A stretch of 63,730 bases of DNA, filler included, from Thermodesulfobacteriota bacterium (GCA_036381125.1; 7 parts of 7 records of this genome joined end to end with filler, not necessarily neighbours in it); one strand, 5' to 3'. Positions 30,889 to 40,986 are shown, numbered from the whole stretch's first letter. A program made the numbers and translations. The notes: generated from the letters alone by a model not told the origin.

Positions 30889-31541
30889 CGACGCGCGAGG
30901 CGACCGCCGCCCTCCGGGTGCTGCGCGCCGCCTCCGCCGCCTGGGACGTGCCGTCGGTCTCGTTCGTCGCCGAGAACTCCGGGTCCCCTTTCCAGATCCT
31001 GATCGCGACGGTCCTCTCGCTCAGGACCCAGGACTCGACGACCATCCACGCCGCGCGTCGGCTCTTCGCGCTCGCCTCCGACCCGCGGGCGATGCTCGCC
31101 CTCGACGAGGCGACGATCGCGAAGGCGATCTACCCGGTCGGCTTCTACCGGCAGAAGGCCGGCCAGATCCGGGAGATCTGCCGGATCCTCCTCGAGCGAT
31201 ACGGGGGCGAGGTGCCGCGCGACCTCGACGCGCTCCTCGAGCTGCCGGGGGTCGGGCGCAAGACCGCGAACCTGGTCGTGAGCCTCGGCTACGGCCTGCC
31301 CGGCATCTGCGTCGACACCCACGTCCACCGCATCACCAACCGGTGGGGGTACGTCGAGACCCGGACGCCGGAGGAGACGGAGAAGGCGCTCCGGGCGAAG
31401 CTGCCTCGACCCTACTGGATCGAGATCAACCGGCTGCTCGTGCAGTTCGGCCAGGGGATCTGCCGTCCGATCTCGCCGCGGTGCTCGACCTGCCCGGTGG
31501 CGAGGTGGTGCCGGCGGGTAGGCGTGACGCGCGCGCGCTGA
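30885..31541 (+). CDS. nth: Endonuclease III
   Basis: HhH LPGVGRKTAN, VDTHVHR, C-x6-C-x2-C-x5-C. Confidence 0.95.
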   Translation: MTTREATAALRVLRAASAAWDVPSVSFVAENSGSPFQILIATVLSLRTQDSTTIHAARRLFALASDPRAMLALDEATIAKAIYPVGFYRQKAGQIREICRILLERYGGEVPRDLDALLELPGVGRKTANLVVSLGYGLPGICVDTHVHRITNRWGYVETRTPEETEKALRAKLPRPYWIEINRLLVQFGQGICRPISPRCSTCPVARWCRRVGVTRAR

Positions 31542-31576
31542 CGGGCGGCCCGGCGCGCCGCTCGCACCGGGCGCCG

Positions 31577-31819
31577 CTACCCCTCGAGCAGCTCGGCCCA
31601 GGCCGCCTCGTCGTAGCCGGCCGCGTACGCGCGGCCGCGGACGAGCGTGGGGATCCGCTGCTGCCCGGTGAGCGCGATCAGCTCGCTCATCGCCTTGTGG
31701 TCGGCGACCACGTTGCGCACCTCGTACGGCACGCCGCGCGCGTCGAGGAAGCGGAGCGCGCGGTCCCGCCAGGTGGGGGTGTTCGAGACGTAGACGGTCA
31801 CGGGTGCGGTCGGTGCCAT
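31577..31819 (-). CDS. Glutaredoxin/NrdH-like protein lacking CxxC
   Basis: VTVY..RALRFLDARGVPYEVRNV..TGQQRIPTL..GYD; GGAGGA SD; no Cys. Confidence 0.75.
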   Translation of the reverse strand: MAPTAPVTVYVSNTPTWRDRALRFLDARGVPYEVRNVVADHKAMSELIALTGQQRIPTLVRGRAYAAGYDEAAWAELLEG

Positions 31820-31836
31820 CGCGAGTCGTGTCCTCC

Positions 31837-33261
31837 CTAGAGGGTTCTCAGGTACGCGAGGAGATCCTCGATCTGCGCCGCCGTCAGGTCGAAGAAGGCC
31901 GGCATCCCCCGGGCGCCGGCGCGGATCGTTCGCACGACGGCCTCCGGCTCGCGTGGGCCTCCCGCGCGCGGCCGCTCGAAGAGGCCGGCCAGGCCGGGCC
32001 CGAGCGGCCCAGGCCCTCGTCCCCGCGGGTCGTGGCAGATGGCGCAGCGTAGCTCGAAGATCTCCCGTCCGAGCTCGGCCGAGCCGCGGGTCCGCGCGCC
32101 CGGAGGGCGGCCCATGTCCACCAGGCGGTCGCGGGCGAGCCAGGCCAGGTACGCGCCGACCGCCACCGAGTCGGGGCTCGCGGGCGGCCCCAGGCGCGGG
32201 GCCCCGAGCGGGTCCTCCCGGTCCACCGTGGCGAGGTGCCCGGTCAGGAACTCCTCGAGCGTGGCCACCCGTCCCAGCTCCGGCACGAACCGGGGAAAGA
32301 GCGCCGCGCTCCCGACGATCTCCGGCGCCGACCCGCCGGCGCCGCCGGCGCCGTGGCAGCCGCCGCAGGCGCCCCGATCGGCCCGGCCCGGCGCGCCGTC
32401 CGCCACGACGCGGCCGCGGGCGACCACCGCTTCGAGCCGCTCGAGGTCCTCGGCCGGCGGGAGCGGGTACGCCCGGCCGGGCGCCATCGGCGCCCCGTCG
32501 GCGCGCCAGGCGAGGTAGCTCACCAGGTCGTCGTTGCCGGGCGCCGGGCCGGCGCCGGTCACGGGGCCGCCCGACCGCCGGCGCCAGTACGCCACGGCCT
32601 GCTCGAAGCTCACCACGCCCGCCTCGGGCCGGAAGAGCGGCACCTGGGGGAACGCCCCCCACCAGGCGCGCACCTCGACGTCGCTGCGATGACAGGCGGG
32701 ACAGCCCTCCGCCTCCCAGCGCTCGGCTCCGCGCTCCACCGCGTCGCGCACCCGCGAGTCGAGCGCGGCGAGCGGCTTGCCGGGGCGTCCCTCGCCCAGG
32801 ACCGGGTCGGGTCCCGCGGGCATGCGCTCGGCGGCCCCCGGCTGCGCGTCCGCCGCCGCGGACGGTTCGGTCCGGGGCTCCCTCGGCCCGGGCCCGCCGC
32901 TCTGCGGCGGCGACGCGGACGGCCGCAGGACGACGGCCGAGGCGCGAAGCGGACGACGTGCGGGGTCGGGCGGGCGCACGGCCGCGAGGTACGACACGAT
33001 GGTCGACCGATCGGCGTCGGTCAGGCCGGTGACCTCGCCGACGGCGTACCGTGACACGTGCCGCGCGACGGTCGCCGCCCACTCGTCCTCGGTGCCGCCG
33101 GCCGCGAGCGTCCGGTCGAGCGCGTGACAGGTCGTGCAGTGCCGGTCGAGCAGCGCGAGGCCGGGCGGCGCCGCCGCCGGACTCCCGGCGCCCCCCGGCA
33201 CCGGGCGCGCCCCGCACCCGCCGGCGACCCAGGCCGCCGTCACGAGGAGGACGGCCGGCAC
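31837..33261 (-). CDS. Tetraheme c-type lipoprotein with two SoxA/TsdA-like domains (start uncertain, up to ~33342)
   Basis: Lipobox-like AGGC; CTTCH, CPACH, CGGCH, CAICH; FPRFVPELGRVATLEE, AYLAWLA; GMPAF. Confidence 0.8.
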   Translation of the reverse strand: MPAVLLVTAAWVAGGCGARPVPGGAGSPAAAPPGLALLDRHCTTCHALDRTLAAGGTEDEWAATVARHVSRYAVGEVTGLTDADRSTIVSYLAAVRPPDPARRPLRASAVVLRPSASPPQSGGPGPREPRTEPSAAADAQPGAAERMPAGPDPVLGEGRPGKPLAALDSRVRDAVERGAERWEAEGCPACHRSDVEVRAWWGAFPQVPLFRPEAGVVSFEQAVAYWRRRSGGPVTGAGPAPGNDDLVSYLAWRADGAPMAPGRAYPLPPAEDLERLEAVVARGRVVADGAPGRADRGACGGCHGAGGAGGSAPEIVGSAALFPRFVPELGRVATLEEFLTGHLATVDREDPLGAPRLGPPASPDSVAVGAYLAWLARDRLVDMGRPPGARTRGSAELGREIFELRCAICHDPRGRGPGPLGPGLAGLFERPRAGGPREPEAVVRTIRAGARGMPAFFDLTAAQIEDLLAYLRTL

Positions 33262-33338
33262 GAGACGGCCGGACCGCCGGAGTCGGCGGGCGAGGCCCGC
33301 AGCGGGCGGAGGCCGGTCCGCCCGCCGTCGAAGCCGCC

Positions 33339-33806
33339 TCAGCGCCCCGCCCCGGGCGCGGCCGGCACGCCGGAAACGCCACGGATGACGGCGAGGTCTC
33401 CGGGCCTCACGTCGTGGGCCGCGCAGAAGCCGGCGTTCACCTCGAGCACGTAGCGGACCGGCACCGGCACCGACCGGGGTGTCTCCGTGAAGGGCTCCGC
33501 CCGCTCGACGCACCCCCGAATGCGGCCGTCGCCGCCGATGAAGAGCATGTCGAGCGGGATGCGGGTGTTCTTCATCCAGAAGCTCTGCACCGCCTCGTCC
33601 TCGAAGACGAAGAGCATGCCGGCCGAGGCCGGCAGGTGGTCGCGATGCATGAGGCCGACCTGCCGCTCCTGCGGCGTGTCGGCCACCTCGACCGTCACCG
33701 TCACCGGCCGGCCGCCCGAGGGGCGGACCTCGACCGTCGGCCGCCACTGGGCCGATGCCGCGGGCGGGAGCGCGAGGAGCAGGACGAGCGCCGCGAGGGC
33801 GCGCAC
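33339..33806 (-). CDS. DUF192-family secreted protein
   Basis: VEVADT..GLMHR, GMLFVF, FWMKNTRIPLDMLFI, YVLEVNAG. Confidence 0.93.
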   Translation of the reverse strand: MRALAALVLLLALPPAASAQWRPTVEVRPSGGRPVTVTVEVADTPQERQVGLMHRDHLPASAGMLFVFEDEAVQSFWMKNTRIPLDMLFIGGDGRIRGCVERAEPFTETPRSVPVPVRYVLEVNAGFCAAHDVRPGDLAVIRGVSGVPAAPGAGR

Positions 33807-33808
33807 GT

Positions 33809-34486
33809 TCAGCGCTCGCCCCCCGACGGCGACCCTCGCCCCACCAGGCGCGACAGGCCGTCGGGCGCCGTGATGATGATCTGCCGGCCGCTACGCGCGA
33901 TGAGCCGGTCCCGCGCGAAGAGCGTGAGCGTCTGGCTCACCGTCTCGCGCGACGAGCCGATGCAGGCGGCCAGCTCCCGGTGGGTGATCTTGAACGGGAA
34001 GCGGGTGCCCCGCTCGCCGCCGACCCCGAAGTCGCTCGCGAGCGCGAGGAGGAGGCCGGCGAGGCGCGCCGGCACGTCGCGGAAGACCAGGTCCTCGACC
34101 TTGTCGGCCATGACCTTGTTGCGCTGGCCGAGGAGCTTCGTGAACTTGATGGCGAGGGCCGGCCGTCGCGCGAGGAGCGCCTCGAGGTCGTCCACGCGGA
34201 CGACCGTCACCTCGCTGTCCTCCACCGCCTCGGCCACCGTCTCCCGCGGCGCGCCGTCGACGAGCGCCAGCTCGCCGAACGGCTCGCCCGGCTTGAGGTA
34301 GGCGAGCGTGAACTCGCGCCCGTCGTTGGTGATGCGGGACAGGCGCACCCGCCCGGACCGGAGCACGAAGACGCTGTCGCCCGGATCGCCCTGCAGGTAG
34401 CAGAACTCGCGCGCGCGGTACTGCACCCGCCGGCCGGCCCGGTCGAGCTCCGCAAGCTCCTCGGGGGCGAACGTCACGCGAGCCAC
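33809..34486 (-). CDS. Crp/Fnr-family regulator (cNMP-binding type)
   Basis: FGELAL..PRE pocket; THRELAACIGSSRETVS. Confidence 0.93.
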   Translation of the reverse strand: MARVTFAPEELAELDRAGRRVQYRAREFCYLQGDPGDSVFVLRSGRVRLSRITNDGREFTLAYLKPGEPFGELALVDGAPRETVAEAVEDSEVTVVRVDDLEALLARRPALAIKFTKLLGQRNKVMADKVEDLVFRDVPARLAGLLLALASDFGVGGERGTRFPFKITHRELAACIGSSRETVSQTLTLFARDRLIARSGRQIIITAPDGLSRLVGRGSPSGGER

Positions 34487-34498
34487 CGGTCGTCCCCC

Positions 34499-35385
34499 CT
34501 ACTCGAGCAGCACCACCGGCAACCGGTCGCCCACGCGGACCTCGCGCCGGTCCTCGGGCACCACGAGGAGCCCGTCGGCCCGCACGAGCGACGTGAGGAC
34601 GGCCGAGTCCTGGTTGCCGGTCGTCACCGCGGCGTAGCCCCCCTCGGGCGTTCGCGAGAGGCGGCAGCGCAGATAATGGCGGCGCCCGGGAGGCACCGTG
34701 AAGCGCTCGCGCACCTCGGCCTCGACCGTGGGGCGGAAGCGCCGCCCGCCGCCGAAGCCCATCATCTGGCGGAGCGCCGGGCGGACGAACAGCTCGAACG
34801 TGACGAGCGAGGAGACGGGATTGCCCGGCAGCCCGAAGTACGGCCGCCCCTGGACGAGCCCGAAGACGAGCGGCTTGCCGGGCCGGACGGCGATCTTCCA
34901 GAACCGGACATCGGCGCCGAGGTCGTCGAGGACGTCCTTCACGAAGTCGTAGTCGCCCACCGAGACGCCACCGGTCGACACGAGGCAGTCGGCCACCCGG
35001 AGGCCGTTCTCCACCTTCGCCCGGATCGCCTCGTGCCGGTCCTCGGCGACGCCGAGCTGAACCGGCCTCGCCCCGGCCTCGGCTACGGCCGCGGCGAGCT
35101 GGTACGCGTTGGAGTTGACGATCGTGGCCCGGTCCGGCCGCGCGCCGGCCGGCTCGTCGACCTCGAGCAGCTCGTCGCCCGTGGAGACGATCGCCACGCG
35201 AGGCGCCGCGCCGACGGTCACGAAGCTGCGCCGCAGCTGCGCCAGCATGCCGACGACCGCCGGGGTCACCGGCGTGCCGGCGGGCAGCACCCGCTCGCCG
35301 GCCCGCACGTCCTGGCCCGCCGGCCGGACATGGGCCCCCCGCTCGGCCCCCGCGAGCAGCCGCACACTGCCACCCCGCGGCTCCG
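34499..35385 (-). CDS. moeA: Molybdopterin molybdotransferase (5' truncated)
   Basis: STGDEL, TGGVSVGDYDFV, RPGKP, GLPGNPVSS. Confidence 0.95.
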
Positions 35386-35485
35386 NNNNNNNNNNNNNNN
35401 NNNNNNNNNNNNNNNNNNNNNNNNNNNNNTTAATTAATTAANNNNNNNNNNNNNNNNNNNNNNNNNNNNNNNNNNNNNNNNNNNN

Positions 35486-35523
35486 GGCGGAGCGGAAGCC
35501 GGCCCCGAGCCGTTGATAGAGGC
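35486..35523 (+). repeat. Structured intergenic repeat, partial copy C at contig edge
   Basis: Reverse complement matches the start of 40987-41100 and 26085-26197. Confidence 0.75.
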
Positions 35524-35538
35524 GGGCGCATCGCTCTG

Positions 35539-36477
35539 CTAGTCGGCGACGAGGTACCGGAAGAGGTCCTCGACGACCCGCTCCGCCGCGAGGACCCCGA
35601 CGCCGAGCGCCCAGGTGTCGTCCGGCACCTCGTAGACGCGGCCGCGACGGACCGCATCGAGCCGGCCCCAGAGCGGATGGGCCATCATCGTCGCGAGCGG
35701 CGAACCCGCGGCGTCCCCGTAGTACATGACGAAGACGACGTCGCCGTCCATGTCCGGGATCCGCTCGAGCCCGGCCCGCCTGGCGAACCTCGCGTGATCC
35801 TGCGGCTCGGGACGCGGCAGGCCGGCGTCCTCGAGGATCGTGCCGATGAAGGACGCCCGCATGTACAGGCGGACGTGCCCCGGCATGGAGCGCACGACCG
35901 ACACGCGCGTGCTCCGGAGGCGATCCCCCATCGCCGTCCTGAATGCCGCGATCCTCGCTTCGTACGTCCCGAGGAGCCGCTCGGCCTCGGCGCATCTCCC
36001 GAGGGCGGCGGCATGGAGCCGGAGGTTCGCCTTCCATGTGACACCGACCGTCTCGGTAAAGACGGTGGGGGCGATGCGCGAGAGGCGATCGTAGATCGCC
36101 CGGTGCCGGACCCGGCTGCCGAGGATGAGGTCGGGGGCGAGCCGGACGATCGCCTCGAGGTTCGGTTGTGCCGAGCTGCCGATCCTGGCGATCCCGGTGG
36201 CACGTGCGCTCAGGTAACCTGGGACGCTTCCGTCCAGGGTCGCGACGGCGGCGCCGATCGGCACGACGCCGACGGCCAGGGCGCTGTCGAGCTCGCCGGC
36301 GTCGAGCACGACGACCCGCTGGGGCATGGGAGGGACTCTCGTCTCCCCCATGGCATGGCGGATCACCCGGCCGCCCGTCTCCGCGAAAGCCGCGCCGTCT
36401 GAGGGCGACGGCCCGCAGGCGGCGAGCGCGAGGCAGGCCCCCGTGAGCGCGGTCGCCCGAAGCCGCCGTCGTCGCAC
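35539..36477 (-). CDS. Iron-siderophore ABC substrate-binding lipoprotein
   Basis: Lipobox LAAC; HAMGETRVP..PQRVVVL; PNLEAI..PDLILG; IAPTV. Confidence 0.92.
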   Translation of the reverse strand: MRRRRLRATALTGACLALAACGPSPSDGAAFAETGGRVIRHAMGETRVPPMPQRVVVLDAGELDSALAVGVVPIGAAVATLDGSVPGYLSARATGIARIGSSAQPNLEAIVRLAPDLILGSRVRHRAIYDRLSRIAPTVFTETVGVTWKANLRLHAAALGRCAEAERLLGTYEARIAAFRTAMGDRLRSTRVSVVRSMPGHVRLYMRASFIGTILEDAGLPRPEPQDHARFARRAGLERIPDMDGDVVFVMYYGDAAGSPLATMMAHPLWGRLDAVRRGRVYEVPDDTWALGVGVLAAERVVEDLFRYLVAD

Positions 36478-36479
36478 CG

Positions 36480-38681
36480 TCAGTATCTCACGGAGTAGGC
36501 GACGGCGAGCGAAGCCCCCTCTGCCGCCGCGTAGCTGTCGTTGCGGCCGGTGCGCAGGAGCTGGGACTCGCGGGTGAAGTACTGCCGGTTCAGCAGGTTC
36601 TCGACGGCGAGGGTCAGCGTCCCGGGACCGACCTCGACCTGGCTGATCAGGTCGAGCACGACGTAGCTCGACAGCGGGCGCTCGCCGAAGGCGGTGCTCG
36701 TGCCGAACCGGCCGCGGCTCCCGGAGTAGAGCGCCTGCAGCCGGTTGCGCCAGCCGGGGCGCGTCTCGTGCTCCAGGTACGCCGTGACCTTGATCGGCGG
36801 GATCCGGAAGCTGTTGAGGTAGGTATAGTGCCCGTCGAGGTCGGGGTCCCGCTCCCCCTCGAGCCACGTCACGCTCGTCCCCGCCTGCCAGTCGGCCAGG
36901 AACCGCGTGTCGAGCGTCGCCTCGAGCCCGTACACCCGCTCCGGCGCCCGGACGACGGGCGCGTTGAAGCCGCCGGAGCTCGTGCCGAGGTCGGACTCGT
37001 TGTAGAAGAGCGACAGCGAGCCGTCGACCGACGGCCACGTGCCGCGGACGCCAACCTCGTACATGTCGACCTTCTGCGGGGCGGTGTTGAGCGTCTCGAC
37101 CGAGGAGCCGTCCGGCGCCCCCCGGAGGATCAGGCCGAGATCCGGCAGAGAGAAGCCCTGGGAGACGTTGGCGAACAGGTCGATCGCCTCCGACGCGGAG
37201 AAGACCACTCCGGCGTTGTAGAGCGTGGCGCTGTAGTCGAGGTCGCCGCCCCGGACGCTGGCGCCGGCGAGGGTCGTGAAGTCGTCCACCTCGACGCCGA
37301 TCCGCTCGTGACGGATACCGCCGCGCAGGATCCAACGCGACGTGGCCTGCCACTCGAGCTGCGAGAAGAGGCCGAGGCTCCCCTGCTCGATCGTCGGAAC
37401 CCAGGTCCGCTCCCCGACCTCGACGAAGACGAGGCCGCCGCTCGCGTCGAACGCGGCCGGGTCCATGATCGTGACCGGCTGCGACGTCCGCTCGCGCGCC
37501 GCGTCGACGCCCCAGAGCACCGTGAGCCCGGCGGCGAGCGGGGTCTCGGCCGAGAGGCGGCCGCCGGTCTTGTCGGATTCGAGCCGCGACTGGTAGATCG
37601 TGTTGCCGAAGACGGCGAACGCGCGGCCGTCGAACGGGAAGAAGCGGGTCAGGTAGTCCCGGTAGTAGAGCTGGCCTTCGACACGGCTGCCGAGGAGCTC
37701 CTTGTGGGTGTACCCGAGGCTGACGACGGTGTTGACCGTCCCCTGGCGGTCGTCGAGCGCGAGCCCCTCGATGGCGCGGGCCTTGTGCGACCGCGGTGGG
37801 AAGGCGTTGACCGACGGATCGCTCGCGAAGTCGGTCACCTGGCGGCTCGTGAAGTGGTTCGCCGTGAGCGAGAGGCGCTGGCCCGGGGTGATCTCGACGC
37901 CGATCTTCCCGAGCAGGTCGCCGCTGTTCGTGTCGGCGAAGCCCCCCTGGCCGTGCGGGTCGGGAGGGATCCGATCACCCCGGGCGTCGAAGAGCCCGCC
38001 CGTGTGCTCGAACGCCCCGCTGACGAGGAAGTCGAAGCGTCCGGTCGAGCCCGAGACGCGCTGCCCGACCCGACCGCCGAGGCTGTCGCCGGGATGCGTG
38101 AGGGAAACCGACAGCCCGAGGTCCGTCCCGAACGCGACCCGCTCCCCCGCCGGCGCCCGGGTGATGATGTTGACGATGCCGCCGGTCGCGCCGTCCCCGT
38201 AGATCGCCGTCGCCCCGCGGATCACCTCGACCCGCTCGACGGCCGACGGATCGATGGTCGTGAGGTCGCGGGAGACGTTGCGGGTGGTCGACTGCGGCAC
38301 GCCGTCGATCAGCACGAGGACGTTCCGGCCCCGCAGCGTCTGCCCGAAGACGCTCTGGCTCTGGCTTCCCGGGGCGAGCCCTGGCACGAGCTTGCCGAGC
38401 ACGTCCCCGAGGGTCGTGGTCGGCGTCGCCTGCGCCTCGATCTGCTCGCGAGTGACGACCGTGACCGACCCGGGAATCGTGGCGATCGACTCGGCGCTCC
38501 GCGTGGCGGTCACGACGGTCTCGGGGAGCGCGATCGGGTCGGCGGCGCCGCCCGGCACTTCGCCGCCGGGGTCGGGCTCCTGGGCGACGGCGGGCGCCGC
38601 GTAGCCAGGTATGTGGACCGCCGCGAGCAGGGCGGCGACGAGGATGCCGAGGTGGGCACGAGACGACGAAGGCGCGAGCAT
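36480..38681 (-). CDS. TonB-dependent siderophore receptor, IutA-like
   Basis: TonB box ETVVTATR; LRGR..VLIDGVPQ; RVEVIRGATAIYG; ENLLN; terminal aromatic residue. Confidence 0.93.
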   Translation of the reverse strand: MLAPSSSRAHLGILVAALLAAVHIPGYAAPAVAQEPDPGGEVPGGAADPIALPETVVTATRSAESIATIPGSVTVVTREQIEAQATPTTTLGDVLGKLVPGLAPGSQSQSVFGQTLRGRNVLVLIDGVPQSTTRNVSRDLTTIDPSAVERVEVIRGATAIYGDGATGGIVNIITRAPAGERVAFGTDLGLSVSLTHPGDSLGGRVGQRVSGSTGRFDFLVSGAFEHTGGLFDARGDRIPPDPHGQGGFADTNSGDLLGKIGVEITPGQRLSLTANHFTSRQVTDFASDPSVNAFPPRSHKARAIEGLALDDRQGTVNTVVSLGYTHKELLGSRVEGQLYYRDYLTRFFPFDGRAFAVFGNTIYQSRLESDKTGGRLSAETPLAAGLTVLWGVDAARERTSQPVTIMDPAAFDASGGLVFVEVGERTWVPTIEQGSLGLFSQLEWQATSRWILRGGIRHERIGVEVDDFTTLAGASVRGGDLDYSATLYNAGVVFSASEAIDLFANVSQGFSLPDLGLILRGAPDGSSVETLNTAPQKVDMYEVGVRGTWPSVDGSLSLFYNESDLGTSSGGFNAPVVRAPERVYGLEATLDTRFLADWQAGTSVTWLEGERDPDLDGHYTYLNSFRIPPIKVTAYLEHETRPGWRNRLQALYSGSRGRFGTSTAFGERPLSSYVVLDLISQVEVGPGTLTLAVENLLNRQYFTRESQLLRTGRNDSYAAAEGASLAVAYSVRY

Positions 38682-38799
38682 GGGCCTCCTCGCACCGCCG
38701 GGCGGACCGGCGGCGTGGGATCGGGCGTGGCTCGCTGCCTCGAAGCGCGCCCGCGCTTCGCGGTGGCTGGCTAGCGGATTCGATCGGGTACTGATTGTC

Positions 38800-38856
38800 C
38801 GGGACAGGGAACCTGTCCCGCGAGAGAACGTAGCGGCGCGCGGCGCGCGCTGTCAA
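38800..38856 (-). promoter_or_regulatory. Sigma-70 promoter with downstream perfect palindrome
   Basis: TTGACA(38856-38851)-N18-TACGTT, then CGGGACAGG-N3-CCTGTCCCG (38800-38820). Confidence 0.55.
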
Positions 38857-38896
38857 GGTGGATCCACGTGTCGCTCCTCAGGTCCCGGCACCCGCA

Positions 38897-39241
38897 TCAC
38901 ATAGCCCGCCAGGCGAACCAGACGCCGAGGAGCAGCGACCCGACCCCGAGACCCGCGGCGAGGAGCCTCGGGCCGTGCGGGCGCGTCCAGAGCAGAACGC
39001 CGCTCAGCACGAGCACGATGAAGCTCCCGGCGATCGAGTCGGCCAGGAGCACCCAGGCGGCGCCCATCCCGCTGGCCGTGTGCAGGCTGTTGAGGAAGGC
39101 CCGGACGTTGGTCTCGAACCGCTTGACGGTGACGAACACGCTGCCGACCCAGTACTCCGCGGCGATGAAGCGGTGAGGCGCGCCGAAGTTCACGTTCCGG
39201 CGTTCCGGCTGCGTGGCCTCAGAGGCCGGGGTCCGGCCCAC
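38897..39241 (-). pseudogene. PepSY-associated TM protein, C-terminal half only
   Basis: AEYWVG, LNSLH..GMGAAWVLLADSIAG..SGVLLW; the N-terminal His/TM half is missing. Confidence 0.6.
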
Positions 39242-39299
39242 GGGGGCTGGCTACTCGCGATGTGTCCGCGAGCGGGCGCCCCGAGGGGCGCCGGAGCGG

Positions 39300-40073
39300 T
39301 CAGGGTCGCGCGTCGCCGGCCGGTTCAGGTTGTCGCGGCTCGAGGCCCTCGAGCTGCTCCCGGGCCTGCGCCTGCACCTCGGGGTGCCTCGCAGCCCGCT
39401 CGAACGCCTCGCGGGCGCCCGCGTCGTCGTCCAGCCGCAGCCGCACGACGCCGAGGTTGAACCAGAGCTTCCCGTCGTCGCGGAGGGTAGCGGCGCGGGC
39501 GAAGGCCTTCTCGCCCGCGGCGAGGTCACCGGCGTCGTACCGGATCCCCGCGAGGGCGCTCCAGACCTGCGGGTCGCGGCTGCCCCGCTCGGCGAGTGCC
39601 GACAGGAGGGGGAGCGCCGCGTCGCGGTTGCCCGACGAGAGGTGGAGGAACGCGAGGCGCGTCTGCACCGGCTCGTTGTCGGGCCTGAGCGTGAGCGCGG
39701 TCTCGTACGCCTTCACCGCCTCGCCGTCCCGCCCGAGCCGCTCGAGCGCGATGGCCAGCTCCCGGTGGCCGGCGAACGACGAGGGGGACAGCTCGACGAC
39801 CCGCCGGAAGGCGGCGGCGGCGTCCTCCCACCGCTCCCCGGCGAGCGCCGCCTGCCCGATCAGGTAGTGCGCCTGCAGGTTGTCCCGGTAGTGCTGGAGC
39901 GACTCGGCCGCGAGCGCGGCGGCCCGCGCGTAGTCCTTCGCCTCGAACGCTGCGGCCGCCTGCCGATAGCGCGTGAAGGCGGGGTCGTCGGCCAGCGTCT
40001 GCGCGGCCGCCGGCGCGCCCGCGAGGAGCAGCGCGGCACCGAGGATCGCGGCACATCGACACGCGCGGGGCAT
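39300..40073 (-). CDS. Secreted TPR protein
   Basis: Signal peptide; repeated TPR patterns (AHYLIG, LWFNLG). Confidence 0.85.
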   Translation of the reverse strand: MPRACRCAAILGAALLLAGAPAAAQTLADDPAFTRYRQAAAAFEAKDYARAAALAAESLQHYRDNLQAHYLIGQAALAGERWEDAAAAFRRVVELSPSSFAGHRELAIALERLGRDGEAVKAYETALTLRPDNEPVQTRLAFLHLSSGNRDAALPLLSALAERGSRDPQVWSALAGIRYDAGDLAAGEKAFARAATLRDDGKLWFNLGVVRLRLDDDAGAREAFERAARHPEVQAQAREQLEGLEPRQPEPAGDARP

Positions 40074-40082
40074 CGTCGCCTC

Positions 40083-40976
40083 CTACCGGAGCCTGTACTC
40101 GACCGGCACCAGCACCCAGACCGAGACCGCGTCGCCGCCGCGACGCGCCGGCTCGAAGCGCCACCTGCGGACCCCCTCCGTCGCGCACCGGTCGGTCTCC
40201 GCGTGTCCGATCGACCGGGCGACCTCCACCTGGTCGACCGTGCCGCGCTCGGTGAGGTGCGCCTTCACCAGGACGGTCCCTTCGATCCCGGCCCGCCGGG
40301 CCGACCGCGGGTAGCAGGGCTTGACCTGGTAGCCGCCGGTGGGGCGAGCGAAGGGGAGGTCCGTCCCGGAGCCGCCGCTGCCGCGGGGCGCCGGCGGCGT
40401 GAGGAGCGCGTCACCCTCGGACCAGCGGGCGACGTGCGTCGTCGTCCCGGCGTCGGGCATGCCTGCGCCTCCCGGCGCGTGGGGCGCGACCGGCCCCACC
40501 TCGGCGAGCGCGCCCCCCGGCTGCGGCAGCGGCGGCGCCCCCGTCCCGATCGGGACGTCGAGGAGCGACGGCAGCGGCGCCGGAGGGGCAAGGAGGTCGT
40601 CGGCCGGAGCCGCGAGCGGCGGCGCCTCGGCGAGAGGCGTCCCAGGAGCCGGCACGGCCGCCATCGCCTGCGGCGCCGGCGCCGGGGCGGCCGGCGCGGC
40701 CTGCGGCACGGGGAGCGGCACGGGGTCAGGGAGCGCCCGATGCCGGCGCGGCTTGCGGGCCCGCGCCGGCGGGGCCGGCGGCTCCTCGGCGACGACGGGA
40801 CCGGCGGCGCTCCGCACGGACGGCGGCGTGATCAGCTCGACCTCGACCGGGGCCGGTTGTGGCGGCGACGGCGCGCTCCGCGCGTCGAGCACGGCGGGGA
40901 GGGCCGCCGCGGCGGCGAGGTGCACGGCCACCGACAGCCCCGCGGCCACGCCCAGCGGATCGATGCGCGCGCTCAT
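40083..40976 (-). CDS. tonB: Energy transducer TonB
   Basis: SVAVH TM, Pro-rich linker, YPRSARRAGIEGTV, WRFEPA. Confidence 0.9.
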   Translation of the reverse strand: MSARIDPLGVAAGLSVAVHLAAAAALPAVLDARSAPSPPQPAPVEVELITPPSVRSAAGPVVAEEPPAPPARARKPRRHRALPDPVPLPVPQAAPAAPAPAPQAMAAVPAPGTPLAEAPPLAAPADDLLAPPAPLPSLLDVPIGTGAPPLPQPGGALAEVGPVAPHAPGGAGMPDAGTTTHVARWSEGDALLTPPAPRGSGGSGTDLPFARPTGGYQVKPCYPRSARRAGIEGTVLVKAHLTERGTVDQVEVARSIGHAETDRCATEGVRRWRFEPARRGGDAVSVWVLVPVEYRLR

Positions 40977-40986
40977 CACGGCGCCG

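Noticed and set aside
31760-31800. Glutaredoxin as a selenoprotein
   Set aside because: No in-frame TGA; codons read CCC ACC TGG CGG
38690-38890. Cobalamin riboswitch or canonical Fur box before the receptor
   Set aside because: No B12-box motifs; the Fur match is weak
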